Both the position numbers and the translations under genes were made by a program. Source: Paraspadella gotoi (lineage: Eukaryota; Animalia; Chaetognatha). From it: DNA of 64,000 bases. The stretch lies in assembly GCA_051294375.1 (NCBI GenBank), contig CM119271.1, forward strand, positions 4,669,353 through 4,733,352. The letters are read 5' to 3'. The stretch's first letter is position 1; every line of letters starts with the position of its first letter. Below are positions 25,956 through 39,822 of the stretch, one piece after another. The notes beneath the pieces are model-generated. The model made no database searches, had not been told where the DNA came from, and saw nothing but the letters and a program-made list of their open reading frames with translations.

Positions 25956-27355
25956 ATGGGAAACACCCGGAGCGCCGCCAGAAAATCCGCCGCCGACGCC
26001 GCCGCCGCCGCCGCTGCCGACGAAACAACGCCATCGAAACAAAGGTTCAAAACTTACGCCCGTTACGTCGGTTGGTGGAGCCTCAGGCGAAATCGTGTGG
26101 AGATGGAAGAAGAGAAAGAAAACGAAAGTAAACAAAAGGACAAATTGGAGGCGACAACGACGACGACGACGACGACGACGACGAAAGCTAAGAAAAAATC
26201 AGTGAAAAGGAATAAAACCGCGGCGAAAAATGGCGGACAAAATGGCGGACGAAAATCGGTCAAAAGCGGAAATAAATCGACGCGACGAGTCGGTCACGAC
26301 GCGGTATCCAACGGCGCCGTAGCCAATGGCATAGAAGCCAACGGGCTCGCAGCCAACAGCGAAATAAACAAAGAGAAAACTTCCGACCTTCAAGTATCAA
26401 AGGCAAAAGAGATCAATCGTGAAGGAAAGAATCAAAACGAGGCCTCAGAACCGGAAACGCTCTTCAAGCGAATTCGACGAAGAAGCGTCGAAGTTAGACG
26501 ATTTCTTTGGAAGAACAACAACAACAACAACAACAGCGTTAAAAACAACAAAACGATAAACGCCGCCATTCTCTCCTCAAAACCAGGAATGCTCGCGGCG
26601 CCGCAATCGACCGCGACGCCGCCCGATTCGACGATCCCGACATCTCGACCAATGACGCCGCTTCTTCCTCGATCGCGCCCCTTGACGCCGCGGCGCCGGG
26701 ATTCCACGTCGCGCCCCGCGTCCGGGGTCACGTTGAAGAGTTTCACTCAACGGCGCCGAGTGAATCTCATAGGCGGGGGTGGAGAAATCGAGGTGGTTGG
26801 CGTCGGTGGGGATGGGGTAGGGGGTGGAAAAGGAGGTGGTGGAATAGTAGGGGATGGTGGACAAGAAGAGGAAGGAAGAGAAGGAAGAGGAGGAGGAGCT
26901 GAAGGTTTGATGGAAAATTCACTGCAAGAGAAATTACAGAAACTCGCTGCCTCGAGATTGCCAACAGACGACGACGACGACGACGACAAAAAGAGAGACA
27001 TATCCCCCAACGTTTCGTCCGCGACGACCACTGTGACCTCATATCCGACAACCACAACCACGACCACGACCTCCATCGCCACGACCACAAGGACGATGAT
27101 CCCTCGCTCCATCACGATCGTCCCTTCCTTCGACGATGGTCCTCCATCGCCCTCCGGCGTCCGTTGGGCCAAGTTGGCCGCGTGGAATCGTTTCGTCCGC
27201 GCCGGCGCCAAGAGCGCCAAGTCTCGCGGCGTCGAGACTCGCGAAATGAGCCACGCCAAGGCGCCGCGCCCTCTTCCGTCTAGAACGCCCTCTCTCGACG
27301 CGTTCGTTCACTCGACTTATCTTGATTTTAATGCGCCGTTATCCGTGGAACAGAG
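25956..27355 (+). CDS. PHF24: PHF24/GINIP-like protein, exon 1
   Basis: MGNTRS N-myristoylation-type start; long open frame; KLAAWNRF...RGVE resembles PHF24 RAAWERL...RGVE; donor AG|GTGGGT at 27356 (phase 2) fits exon 2. Confidence 0.7.
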
Positions 27356-27394
27356 GTGGGTTTGGCTTGACGTGAAGAAAACAAAAACGGTAAG

Positions 27395-27670
27395 TCGAAT
27401 GTGTTGCGCCGCAGTGACTTTATTTTGGCGTGTATTTATTTCCCTTTGATCACATGATATGACATGACATCACATGACATGACATGACTAAAAAACTTTC
27501 TTTGCCCGTGTATTTATGACTTAAAATTCTGTCTTTTCTTTCGTATAGTCTTAGGAATTCCTGAAGGTGGCGCGCGCAGATATACCATTGGATAGACCGA
27601 CCGACGGACCGACAGACCGACCGAAAAGTTACTTATAGAGTACTTATAGAGTACTCGCGGCGCAACAAAA
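27395..27670 (-). mobile_element. Family A copy in PHF24-like intron 1
   Basis: TGTGTTGCGCCGCAGTGACTTT...GACCGACCGAAAAG...GAGTACTCGCGGCGCAAC, reverse complement of family A. Confidence 0.7.
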
Positions 27671-27975
27671 AATAAAAAAATTTATTTAACAGTACTGATA
27701 TTCTGATACAAGAGAGCCGCAGGAAAATAACGGGTGTCATGTATAATGTAAGTCCATTTTATAAACAAGTTATACTTCAAGTTAGAAGACGGATTGTGCC
27801 GATCGATGCAAGCTCGTAAATTAAGTTCATAAAGACACGAGTAAATCCAATTTATTATTGATTACAGCTTAATGATTTATGCTTATTGATTATTATAATT
27901 TATTAATATTATTTTAAATTAAGATACAAATGATATTATATTTCCCCCACATGGTGCCTCTTCTCTTTTTCCCAG

Positions 27976-28294
27976 CTTCGCCTGTCAAATCTGCGACGGC
28001 AAGATTCTTCGCATCACGACCCAATCCGAGGCCGCCGAGTGTCGCGTCTGCGGTCTCGTCTTCCACCTCCAATGCGTCCGCGAGAGGCTCCACCAGAGCA
28101 GAAATCCCTCAACAACCTCGTCGGTCTCTTCCACCGTCGGTTGGAGTTGTCCCGAATGCGAGAGCCTCTCCTCGCTGCTCAACGACGAAGAGATGCTGCG
28201 GATGATCGAGGATTTCGAAAAGTTGCGGCAGAACGAGTGGGAGGACGTCGTTCGCTTCGAGGATTTGCTACAGTTGCGGCAAAAGGAATACGAG
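27976..28294 (+). CDS. PHF24: PHF24-like exon 2 (PHD finger plus first EF-hand-like region)
   Basis: cccag acceptor; FACQICDG...CRVCGLVFHLQCV...GWSCPECESLSSLLNDEEM is a C4HC3 PHD finger like PHF24 CRVCTRVFHDGC...GWSCHYCDNINLLLTEEEM; this frame is absent from the ORF track. Confidence 0.9.
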
Positions 28295-28801
28295 GTGTTG
28301 GGATTTTGCGGGATGGTAGGGAAATAAGTGATGTTATCCCTGAAATAAGACTCTGGCTAAAGTAGAACACGAGAAATAGTGGTGAAGCGTATATATTGAA
28401 AAAAACGAACACGAAAATAATAAAAATTACAGAGGAGCAGGAAATAGGTCTTATCGAGAGGGAGAGAAAGTGGGAAGTGAAACTAGAATGGAAAAATCTC
28501 GTGGCTGAGCGAAGGGAGTAAATGTTCTTCTAATGGGGGTTCTGTACTTTGGGAAGTCAATTGTTGGGCGTGGGGGCTTAAGTTATGAATGCATGGACGG
28601 ACGGACGGACGGACGGACCGACCGACGGAAGGACGGATGGTCGAACTCTGGTTCTCTTCGCAATAAAAGCGTCTTCGTCGTTGTATTCGTCGTCGTCGTC
28701 GTCGTCGTTTTCGTTTGAACTATTTGAGCTTCCAAATTGTGAAATTTAGCGACCGAATAATTTTTTTTTCATTTCTCCACTCCCCGCAACCTTCTCCCAA
28801 G

Positions 28802-29260
28802 GCCCTCCACTCGGTCCCGATGCCCCGACATTTCGTCGACTCGATTCGGCGCGACTTTCTCATCCTCGACCCCCTCGGCTCGGGTCTCCTCGACTGGCCC
28901 GACTTCTCCGCCATGGAGACTCTGAGGCGGCTACACCGAAGACCCAAGTCGCAACTCGTCGCCAAATTGAGGACGAGAGAAGTGATGAGAATGAGAAAGG
29001 CTTTTCGGGAAAGGGAGGAAGAGGAGGAGGACGAAGGGATGAAGAAGGCCGAGGGGATCGTCGACGAGCGCCGGGCGGAGCTGGTCTTCGCCGATTGGCT
29101 GGAGAGTCTCGGATGGTCGCGGGTGGACGGTGAAAATGGGCGTGGATGCGGAGGAGACGTCGTCGACGGAGGGATCGGGATCCTCGCGACCACACTGCGC
29201 TGCAGACTTGGCAAGGTTTTTGCTGAGAAAGGCGTTGTGCATCATTGCGGCGAGGCCTAA
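28802..29260 (+). CDS. PHF24: PHF24-like exon 3 (EF-hand-like region)
   Basis: RRDFLILDPLGSGLLDWPDFSAMETLRRLHRRPKSQLVAKLRTREVMRMRKAF resembles PHF24 RQFAALDPEHRGHIEWPDF...[22 protein letters not shown]. Confidence 0.85.
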   Translation, partial: ALHSVPMPRHFVDSIRRDFLILDPLGSGLLDWPDFSAMETLRRLHRRPKSQLVAKLRTREVMRMRKAFREREEEEEDEGMKKAEGIVDERRAELVFADWLESLGWSRVDGENGRGCGGDVVDGGIGILATTLRCRLGKVFAEKGVVHHCGEA

Positions 29261-29483
29261 TAGAGGAGGAGGAGGAGGGAGGAGGAGGTTAAAAACTATA
29301 TCGGGTTCGTGATGGCGATGAGAAGCGAGATCTATGATTTTTGATATTTGGATTCATTAACTTTGATTGAGTTATGTAATGTTCATTTTATTAAAGTTTA
29401 AACGAACGAATTTTTGTTTTAATCATTTTATGAGAGAACAATTCAAAAGTCTTGTTTCGTTTTACAATGAGGGACAGAATAAA

Positions 29484-29579
<96 letters not shown>

Positions 29580-29741
29580 AGGAAATGATTGATGAAGAAG
29601 AACATCAGTCAGGTTATCTCTCAGGGGAATCGTCAGATTCCCATAGTCATCGTAAAAAAATCTGCAAGAAAAAAATTTCATTTTAAATAAAAAAATTGCT
29701 GCGAAAGAAAAAAAAATTTGACGACTAATACAAAATTTGAC

Positions 29742-29840
<99 letters not shown>

Positions 29841-29939
29841 CTCGAAATGATCCACAAATATTTCACTTAATGAAAATAAATTCATGCTATTATTTATTTT
29901 AATAGGTGCTAAATTTACACAAAAGCTTCGCGTCGTCTG

Positions 29940-30016
<77 letters not shown>

Positions 30017-30561
30017 TGCAAGAAAAAACGCAAGCGTCGAATCTAATAAAATAAAACTTTCTATTTTTAATTAGGGAAACTTTTCAAATTTATCTTTGGT
30101 ATTAATTTAGACATTACTTGAGAAAGTTAGGTCATTCTCTATGAAATTGTTACAACCAATATAAAATTATCCATTTGTTTAATAAATGAGCTACCTCGCC
30201 CCTGATGTTGGACGGGCTATTGTGGTTTGTTTTTGTTTTTTCTGTCATGGAAAATAATTGATATTCATTGCAATGAATTCACAAATGTCTTTTCAAACCA
30301 AATTTGTCATTCTTCCCGCTCTTCCATGCCAATTGCAAATAGAAAAGTCTTAATCAATGGGGGGTCGATATAAAAATGAAATGGAATGAGACAGAGAGAG
30401 ACAGAGTGGGAACGAGAGTTGAAAACGCGAGCCTTTTGCTTGTCGTTGCAATTTCGAGCAAATCACCCAGCAGCACTCTTTTTTTCTTTTTTCTTTTTTC
30501 TTTCTTAATCTTTTCCCATTTCTTTTTCATGTCTTCTTATTTTCCTTTTCGATTTCTCTCA

Positions 30562-30597
<36 letters not shown>

Positions 30598-30876
30598 TCT
30601 CTGCTCTCTCTAAGATCCTTTTTTTCTTCCTCTCTTTTTCCCTTTTTTTTGCTTTGGAACTCTTCTGGTAATTTTTTCCGCTTTTAGTTCTTTTTGTCCT
30701 GGTATTTCTTTCTCATCTCTCTTCTCTCACTCTATCTCTATCTTTCTCTCTCTCTCTCTCACTCTATCTTTATCTTTCTCTCTCTCTCTCTCTATCTCTA
30801 TCTTTCTCTCTCTAGATTTCTTTCCCTTTTCCATCTGACGCCTCCAGGCCCTTGAGAGAGACTCACTTTTCGGGAT

Positions 30877-30921
<45 letters not shown>

Positions 30922-31554
30922 GAGAGACGAGAGAGAGAGAGAGAGGAGGAGAGGAAAGAAAAAGAGAGAGAGAGAGAATCTCTGAAAATTCGAATTATCG
31001 AGCTGTCAAAACATTAATGGTTTCTTTTTTTTTCCACTTTGCCTTTGCTCATTCCTCGAGGCTGCTTTTTCGATTTTCTGATGCCACTTTTCGATGAATC
31101 GCCATCCTTCTCTGTTTTCTTCGACGTTGGCTATTTTCAATTTGTATACAACTCTTTAAAAAATATTTATTCGTTTGAATGGTTTGTCAGAGACCGTTGT
31201 GAAAAGACGTCGCACTTTGCAGACATGATTTTAATAATTTATTTCAATATTATGACATAGAAATGACCATGAAAATTCGTTAAATTACTTCAAAGGTCAA
31301 AATGAAAAACATCGTATTTTAAATTAGAATGTTTTCCACTTCTTATAATTTATTACAAATTTGGATATTAACACATCGAATGTTTTTTTTCCACACAACG
31401 ACGGTCAACGTTTGTCGATTAAAATTATCCGTTTTGTCAGACGTGTAAGAAATAGTCATCGTATTCCTCATCGTCGTCGTCCCCGTCGTCGTCGTCGTCG
31501 TCGTCATCGTCAACCGATCGTAGTCGTCAAACGTCACAGAAACGGTCAGTCGCG

Positions 31555-31614
31555 AGGTCAGTCGCTAAGGTCAACGACCAGACGGGGAAGAGGTCAGAAA
31601 AAGGTCAAAGGTCA
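31555..31614 (+). promoter_or_regulatory. Cluster of five AGGTCA nuclear-receptor half-sites including DR5 and DR1
   Basis: AGGTCA at 31555, 31568, 31591, 31602 and 31609. Confidence 0.4.
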
Positions 31615-31908
31615 AGATCAGAAGGAAATCGGCGAAAATAAATCAAAAAAACTATCGCTGCTCCGAAGCTGACCCAGCGGAGACGAAGGGGGAAAAGGGT
31701 TAAGGGTCGGTGGATTTTAGACGGAGAGAGTAAAAGGACCGCCTGTTCCATATGCATTAGTTCGGACTAATTTAGTAGTAATTTTTACATTAATGCAACG
31801 ATACTTGGGATAACTTCTGGTCTCGGATTTTTTGTTTTACATACACCTCAACTCTCTTTTTCATAAAAATCTATTTGGTTGATATTTTTATTGTTAATTT
31901 TTAAACAA

Positions 31909-31984
<76 letters not shown>

Positions 31985-32294
31985 GCAAAACAACCCCTCT
32001 AAAAATAGACGACATAATGAAACTAAGAGTAAAAATCCAGGAAGAAAACTAAACTTGTCAAATAATCCTTCGATTTTTTTCTCATTTCTTCGAATTTCCG
32101 TTTTCTTTTCTTTCTCCTCAACTTCTCTTCTTCTCGCTTCTCTTCTCCTCTCTTCTTTTCTCCTCTTTTCTTTTCTTTTCCTCAATTTCCGGTTGTCGCC
32201 CTTTTTTTTGGTAAGGCTCCAAATGAAGAAAATTTCTTGTGAATTTTGATACAAAAAGGAGAAAAAAAAAGGATAGCAGAGTTGATCTCTAGAA

Positions 32295-32390
<96 letters not shown>

Positions 32391-32823
32391 AGCAAAAAAA
32401 AAGCAGGAATAAAATTTTCAATCAACAAATAAATCTTTTTTTTTTTTAAATCACGTATTTTCGAGAAATACGAAGAAGCAAGATTCAGCATTGATTAAAT
32501 AGTCTTCAAGATTTATTTTCATTATTTATTTATAATTCATATTTGATTTATAGTTTCTCTAAGTCTAATTTTGACTCTGACCGCGGAAAAATGAGTATTC
32601 GGCAAAACGTTGCTCGTTTGTTTTCGAGAAGCTTCCTAAAAAGGACACAACGAGAAAAAAAAAACAAACGAACATCGCTCATAGAGAAAAAGCATATTCA
32701 TCTTGACTGCAGCGGCTTTATTTTCTTTTTTTAATTTAATAAAATTCAAATAGCTTAACAATAAAAAGGGCTAAACGTCCAATAAACCAAAAAAAAAAAG
32801 ATATAAACGATGATTCGAAACCA

Positions 32824-34656
32824 TCAATCGCTGAATGGCCGAGTGAAGAGAAAAGCCGCTCCGCTACGACGTTCTTCGTTATCCTCGAGATCGTCGTAAA
32901 TGTCGTCGTCGACTTCCCAGTCGTTGTTGTCTGTACTGGAATTGTTGTTTTCGTTGTATAACGGTCCTTCCATGTCCATGTCCATGTCCATGTCCATGTC
33001 CATGTCCGTGTCCATGTCTTCCCATTCGTCGGAATCTTCGAAGTCGTCGTCGTAATCTTGGTCGTCGCCGTCGACTTCGTCGCCATCTACCTTTCGTTCG
33101 CCGTCGGGATCATCGAGAAGAATGACCTCTTCGACATCGTCGTCGTCGTCGTCGTCGTCGTCGTTTTCGTTGATGTTGATGTTGTTGACGTTGATGTTCT
33201 CGTCGAGGATCGAGAGTTTCCTGACCAAGAGAATTGAGGAATCTTCGACTTAAAACGAAAGCCGACTTTCCAAGGCGACTAATCGGTCAGAAGACTTTCG
33301 GGGGCATAAGAAAGAGAAGGAAATAATTGGGTAAGGCTTTTTGGTAAGTCGCCGCGAGCCTTTGGGAAGTTGACTCGAATCTCACGATTTTTTAATGCCT
33401 CTTGATTTATTAGCGTTCGGCGATCGGCCATGCGAAGTCATGAACGCTCCGAGCGGCTGGTCGTCTGAAGAAGAAAGCAAAAGATACGATCGTATATTTC
33501 GTTTGAATGTATAGTGTGTACTACTGTGTCCGACCGTGTTTGTCTGCGTATGTAAGTACTATTGGTTAGATTTACTCACAGTCGGACTTCCGGTCCAAGT
33601 CGTACATGAGGATACATTTGGCGTAAATGTTCACTAAGAAAAAAAAGAAGCGGAAAATAGAAATGGGGCCTCCATTAAAAACGGAACACCGATCTGTCGG
33701 CCGATCTGTCGGCCAAGACTCACTGATGTTCAAAATGCTCAGGTGAAGTTTTTGCAACGTCGTGTGCATTTGTTCCAACGTTTCGAGATACATTCATCAT
33801 CCTAGTCGACAATGAAAAGGAGGATCCAACGAAACAAAGTAAACATTGTAAACAAAAATATTTCATTACAAAAATAATTCAGCTCTTTGTATTTTGATGC
33901 TGAGCGGAGTACAATATAGTATTCCCCGATCTAATGCTTAAGGGAGTGGTCTTTTCATACAATTGAAACATTCTTTGAAACATTATACCAGGTACTCTGG
34001 GAGTGAATAAACGCAGACTGTGAGAGAGTCTTGATTGAAAGCTTGCAGGGACCTGCTATGTCATTATCTTGTAAGAGTGATGGAGGCCTTAGACCACCGA
34101 AGCCTGTCCAAAGTCAGGGGCAAGATAGCTTGTTTTGGGGATGAGCATCGTTTCTAAACAACTCATTGTTTTCTATCAAATTTGGTAGCGTTCGATAGAC
34201 AATTGCAAACATTATCTACATGCATAATTTCATCATAATCCGACAATCCGTTCAAAAGTAATCGCCAAAAGCAATCGCAAAAATCGCTCTTCAAACCGAT
34301 CAACTTTGCTTAAAATCGAGCTCGTTTTGATCCAACAAAGATTAGTACTATGCGTAGTACTAAGCTTTAGAACCATCGCACAGTGAGATCCTGGGCCTGA
34401 ATTTTTCAGAAAAATCCCGTTCAGTTAAAAATAATTTTTTATTATATATTAATTATAAAAATAATTTTTTAAAAATTTATTTGAATATTAAAATAATAAA
34501 AAGTAATTTTATATAATTTTAAATAAATAAAATAAAATAAATATATATTATTATCAGATTATATAATAATAATTAAATAATAATAATAAAAATAATAAAA
34601 ATAATAATTATAATTAAAAAAATTTAAAAAAAACATTTATATTTTATTTAATATTA

Positions 34657-34705
<49 letters not shown>

Positions 34706-37115
34706 TTAAAATAAAAAAATTAAATTTTTTTTTATTTATTATATTAATATAATTATTATATATTATAAAATTAAAATTTTATTTTATATTTTTTAATTAT
34801 ACATGATAAAAAAAAATTGTCGCAGTTTAGAAAAAATTAGTTAATTTTATTGTAAAATATAATTTTTTAAGCATATACCTTTCTCGGATTGAATAAAAAA
34901 TTCATTCTCAACACTATAAAATATATTTATATAAATATTTATATATTATATATATAATAATAATAAAAATTTTAAAAATTATTTTTCTAGCATTTGCGGA
35001 CTCACAAGCAACACTGTGCGACGATTTTTGTTTTTAATAAGTTTTTAATTGGACTTTTTTTAAATTTTGCATTATTTTGAGAAAACGCTTTTGAATTAAG
35101 CCCGCGCTCTACCTGATTTGAATAGTAAAATCAATACAGTTTCTGTCAATTGTGTTCAAAATTGAAAAAAATGAAGGCTTGACTATGCAGTTTCACCTAA
35201 AAAACCAGTTCATTTGATTGCTTTATCAAGCAATTAAGATTGCAAGAATTTTAATTTTCCTTTTTTCATCATGTAGAGAAAACAATAAGGTTTCGGAAAC
35301 TGTACTGATATGTATGATTTGGTCTTTTTTACTCAAGAGCCAGGAGGTTTTCTTGGAATAGGGAAAAAACGGCCTGACCAGTCCATTTAAATACCATTTT
35401 TGGGCATGATAAAATGAGAATTTTGATCGCGCTCTACCTCCATTGGCTTCCCAAGACGCCAAGCTTTCGAAATCTGCCATATTGACATAATTTGTTTTGG
35501 CCTTGACTATGCAGTTTTGAATAGAAGTGAAATATAAGGAAACTTGATCGGAGCTTCGATTCAAAGATGCGCATCTCTACTTGTTTATTAAATGAATGGA
35601 TAATTTTTATATTGGTTGTACCAATTTCATAAAATAAAATTTAAGCAAAAAAAAAAACGACCGAAAAAAAACAACAAGAAAAATAAACAAATCGAACGGA
35701 AACAAACAATTCAAAAACGCAACGCGTAAAATAATTAATTATTAACAATCAAAAAAATCAAAACTATGTCATTCCTGAAACCAAAACCGAAACCAAAAAA
35801 CCCCAAAAGTGACGGACCGACTGACCACTGCGGGTTTCCCGTCAGGTCGTCAGTTATGACGTAATCGTCGTGACGCAACGTGGACCGGAACTGATTGATC
35901 AGTTGCTCGAAGGTTTCGAAGCGTCCGCCGCGCATCCGGTTGAACATCTGCCTCACCTCGAGCTGCTGCTTCTTCATCACGTACATCTTTTTCTTGTTCA
36001 CTCTTGGACGGAAGGAAGTGGTAAGGGTGGAGGGGTGATGGGGTGTTGAACTTTCATAAATCTAAACGTTTAATTTTTCGAAATATTCTATTTTTTTTTT
36101 TTTTTGGATAATTTATCTCACGACTTCTTTTTTGGTCGGTCAGTCAGTCTATCGGTCGGATGGTCTGTCGTCGGTCCGTTTGTCTGTCCCACGTTTCAAT
36201 GTTAAAAAGTCGGGTAAGTTCACATTTGGTTCAAATCATCTCTTCGTCCCGTCGTCAACCCTCCACTCATTCATTTCCTCTTTCTTCTTCTCTCATCTCA
36301 TCTCCCCCTCCCCATTCCCTCCTCCCCATCCCCTCCCCTTCCCCGTCCCTCCCCTCCCTTTCCTCCCTTCTCCATCCCCTCCTATTCCCTCCTCCCCATC
36401 CCTCTCCTCCCCATTCCCTCCCCTTCCTATCCCCTCCCCTTCCCATCCCCTCCCCATCCCATCCCCTCCCCTTTCCTCTCCTCCCATCCCCTCCCGATCC
36501 CCATCCCTTCTCCTTCCCATCCCCTCCCCATCCCCTCTCCTCCCCTTTTCTCTCCTCCCTCATTCCTCCCCTTCCCATCCCCTCCCCTCCCCATCCCTCC
36601 CCCTTCCCATCCCATCCCCTCCCCATCCCCTCCCCTCCCCATTCCCTCCCCTTTCCTTTCCTCCCCATCCCCGTCCCGATCCCCCAATCCCTTCTCCTTC
36701 GCCATCCACCTCCCCCATCCCCTCGTCCTTCCCCTTTTCTCTCCTCCCCATCCTCCTCCCCTTTCCCATCCCCTCCCCTCCCCATCCCGCCTCCCTCATC
36801 CCCTCCCCCTTTCCTCTCGGCTCCCCATCCCCTCACCGATCCCCATCCCTTCTCCTTCCCATCCCTCCCCATCCCCTCCCCTCACCCATCCCCTCTCCCT
36901 CCCCTATCCCCATCCCCTCCCGATCCCTCTCCCTCCCTCTCACCTCGCCGCCCTCAACACCTTCTCCTCCTCCTTGTGTTCTTCCGTCGCAGCGTCGTAT
37001 GTTGATGCAGATGACGGCGACGAAAAATGTTGGAGATCATGATAATGACAGACGATGAGACAAGTACGACCATCCACCATCTGTAACAGGCAATTAATGC
37101 GATGATTTGACTCTC

Positions 37116-37156
<41 letters not shown>

Positions 37157-39778
37157 TCTCAACCTGGTACTGACCCCAATTTCCTCGTCGAGGGCGTCTT
37201 GAAGGTCAGTCCAACCGGTCGACGGAGACCAGATTGAGGCAATGTCAACAACGTTTTGCCCAATGTTCTGGAATCGCGACAGGGTTGAATTGAATTATCC
37301 AGCGTGGACAGGTTTTAACCATGGAAAAATAAAGACGCGAGTCCAGCTTTTTTTATCACTTTTGTGACCGGCTGTTCACCGTGTTCACTGTTACAGTCCC
37401 TTAGGCATGGAGAACCATTCTTTATCTTATAAGTCGATTTCCCCGAATTATTTATTTGTCACGATCTATTGCCACGTTTTGCTACGCTTGAGGCGTCGAA
37501 ATTACGAATTCTTTCATCGCTTAAAACTTTAAAAACTCAAATCGCTCGCCCTTTGAAATCGTCGTTACAAAATTTGAAGAGACGCCGTGTTTTTCAGATT
37601 CAAGTTCATCACTAAACAAAGTTAAATGTTAAATGTGTTAATGTAAAAGTTAATGAGTAAATACTATAATAAAGTTAAATGTTATTTGGGTAAATGTAAA
37701 TTTAATGAGTAAATACTATAATAATGTTAAAATGTTTGTGTAAATGTAAATTTAATGAGTAAATACTATATAAAGTTAAATGTTAATGTGTTAATGTAAA
37801 AGTTAATGAGGTAAATACTATAATAAAGCTTAAATGTTAATGTGTTAATGTAAAAGTTAATGAGTAAATTACTATAATAAGCTTAAATGTTAATGTGTTA
37901 ATGTAAAAGTTAATGAGTAAATACTAAAAAAAGTTAAATTTTAATGTGTTAATGTAAAAGTTAATGAGTAAATACTATAATAAAGTGAAATGTTAATGTG
38001 TTAATGTAAAAGTTAATGAGTAAATACTATTAATAAAGTTTCATGCCAGACTCCTCTCGTACAGTGGGTTTAAAAACTTCGAAGTCCAAGAGCGGCCAAC
38101 ATGTAAAGAGCGATGAACGATAGCACGGTTATCTTGCAGCAAGAAGTCTTGAAGGTCTGAAGCAAGGCGTGGACGACACCTGTGGGAACGCGAGAAACAT
38201 TCAAGTCAAACGATGCGCCGACAAAGTTCATCGAGAGATGTGGCGGAACATAAATTATGGTACATGAAATACTAAATAAACAAATAAATTTACCTTTAAG
38301 AACTCTTGAGGAAGGACACGGCCCTCAAAGCCCTGATGGTCCTGAAGGCCGGAAAGCCTGAGATACACGTTCGATAAATTAGTCATTGATTAAATAATAA
38401 AATTCTCCTTACTAACTAACTCACTCGATAACAATGTCAGTTGATCTTATCTTTACCTTCAAATTGCGAACGAATTTATCCCTGTTCAGGGTTTGTTGTC
38501 TGTTTTTTATGTTCAGCTTGGCTTACGCTGAAAATAAAAATAATTATTCGCATTGACAATCATTTTCCAAACTACTAATCTTTGCCTCGTTTCACTTCTA
38601 ACAGGAAAGCGGTCGACCGCGACAGCCGCAGCAGCAGAACGACTGCGGTGAGCGGCCGAGAGTTAAACGGAGCGGGGGCGAAAGCTGCCGAAGCAGTCTA
38701 AAACCAAAACAGTCTTGTCTTGTTCTTGTCTTCCAATCAACTTGCATTTTTACCAATCACCAATATCATATCATTTATTAAATGAATGGATAATTTTTTA
38801 TATTGGTTGTACCAATTTCATATGATAACTTATAACAAAAAGTCCGTGCTAAAAATCTATTGTCTTTTGTTTATTCAATGGTTTTTCTGCGAAACGTTTT
38901 CCACGTTGTAAGTCGTCTCCGGAAATTATTTTTTCAAATGATTAATAACAATTAATTATCAAATCATTATTCTTCATATTCGCGTGGAATAATATTCGTT
39001 TTAATTAAGGACTATTTAAAACCTTACTATTCGTAGAGTTCGAGAAGTAGACGTCGGCCAGAGTTAGGATCGAGAATGATGAAGTCGAAAACATTTGTGT
39101 ACGACTTCCAATAGAGAATCGGTTCTCGCGTAGAGTTGTGAGCACGGCCTCGACGATGTAAACCGCCAATGCAAGAATTCGTTGATCACTCTGCTGACGA
39201 AAGTAAGAGAGTCTTCGCGAATTAACCTCTCTCTTATCTTAGTCTGCGGCAGTCGATAAATTCAAGAGTCTGTATCTTAAACTTACCTCACGATTGCAAT
39301 TCTATTAGCTTTATTTCCTCACCTCCTTTTTCTCATCTTCTTACGCAATACTGACGCCTCCATTCCATCGGAATGTCGTAAGTCTCGGCGATTATCGTAG
39401 CTACGTTAATGACGATAACCACGAGGACGCTAAAGTTAAATCTAAATATTAGAATATTCAATAGAATATTTTAGTTAGAAGTTCGTTAAATAAAATCTGA
39501 AAAATTTAAAAATTAATAAGCGAGAGGCTATGGGGCGACGGTCACGATCAAGAGGCGGGTAAAAATTTCATAAACAAAGATTGTCAAATATGGAATCGCG
39601 TAATTGAAGAAGTGAAAGGTAAAGCGTGAAAACGTTTCGTTTTATGAACTCACCAAGTGTTCGAAACCAATTTGATTCCGTCACGTGTTGATCGAAAGAG
39701 TGGAACTCGATTGATCGCACCGTTGCTTCGCCGTCTACGTTACTGATTGAAACGGAGGTAAGGTGTAGACAATTGATC

Positions 39779-39822
<44 letters not shown>

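Noticed and set aside
27356-27449. Extension of the 497-aa ORF and the GTAAGT donor at 27390
   Set aside because: That donor is phase 0 and would not frame the PHD exon; the ORF tail runs into a family A repeat
34420-34990. Organellar-like ultra-AT-rich insert
   Set aside because: No gene or tRNA signal; lies inside the hAT-like element and may be low-quality sequence
36132-37058. Pro-rich extensin-like ORFs (also 43840-44736)
   Set aside because: Intronic CCCAT/CCCCT satellite open in several frames on both strands
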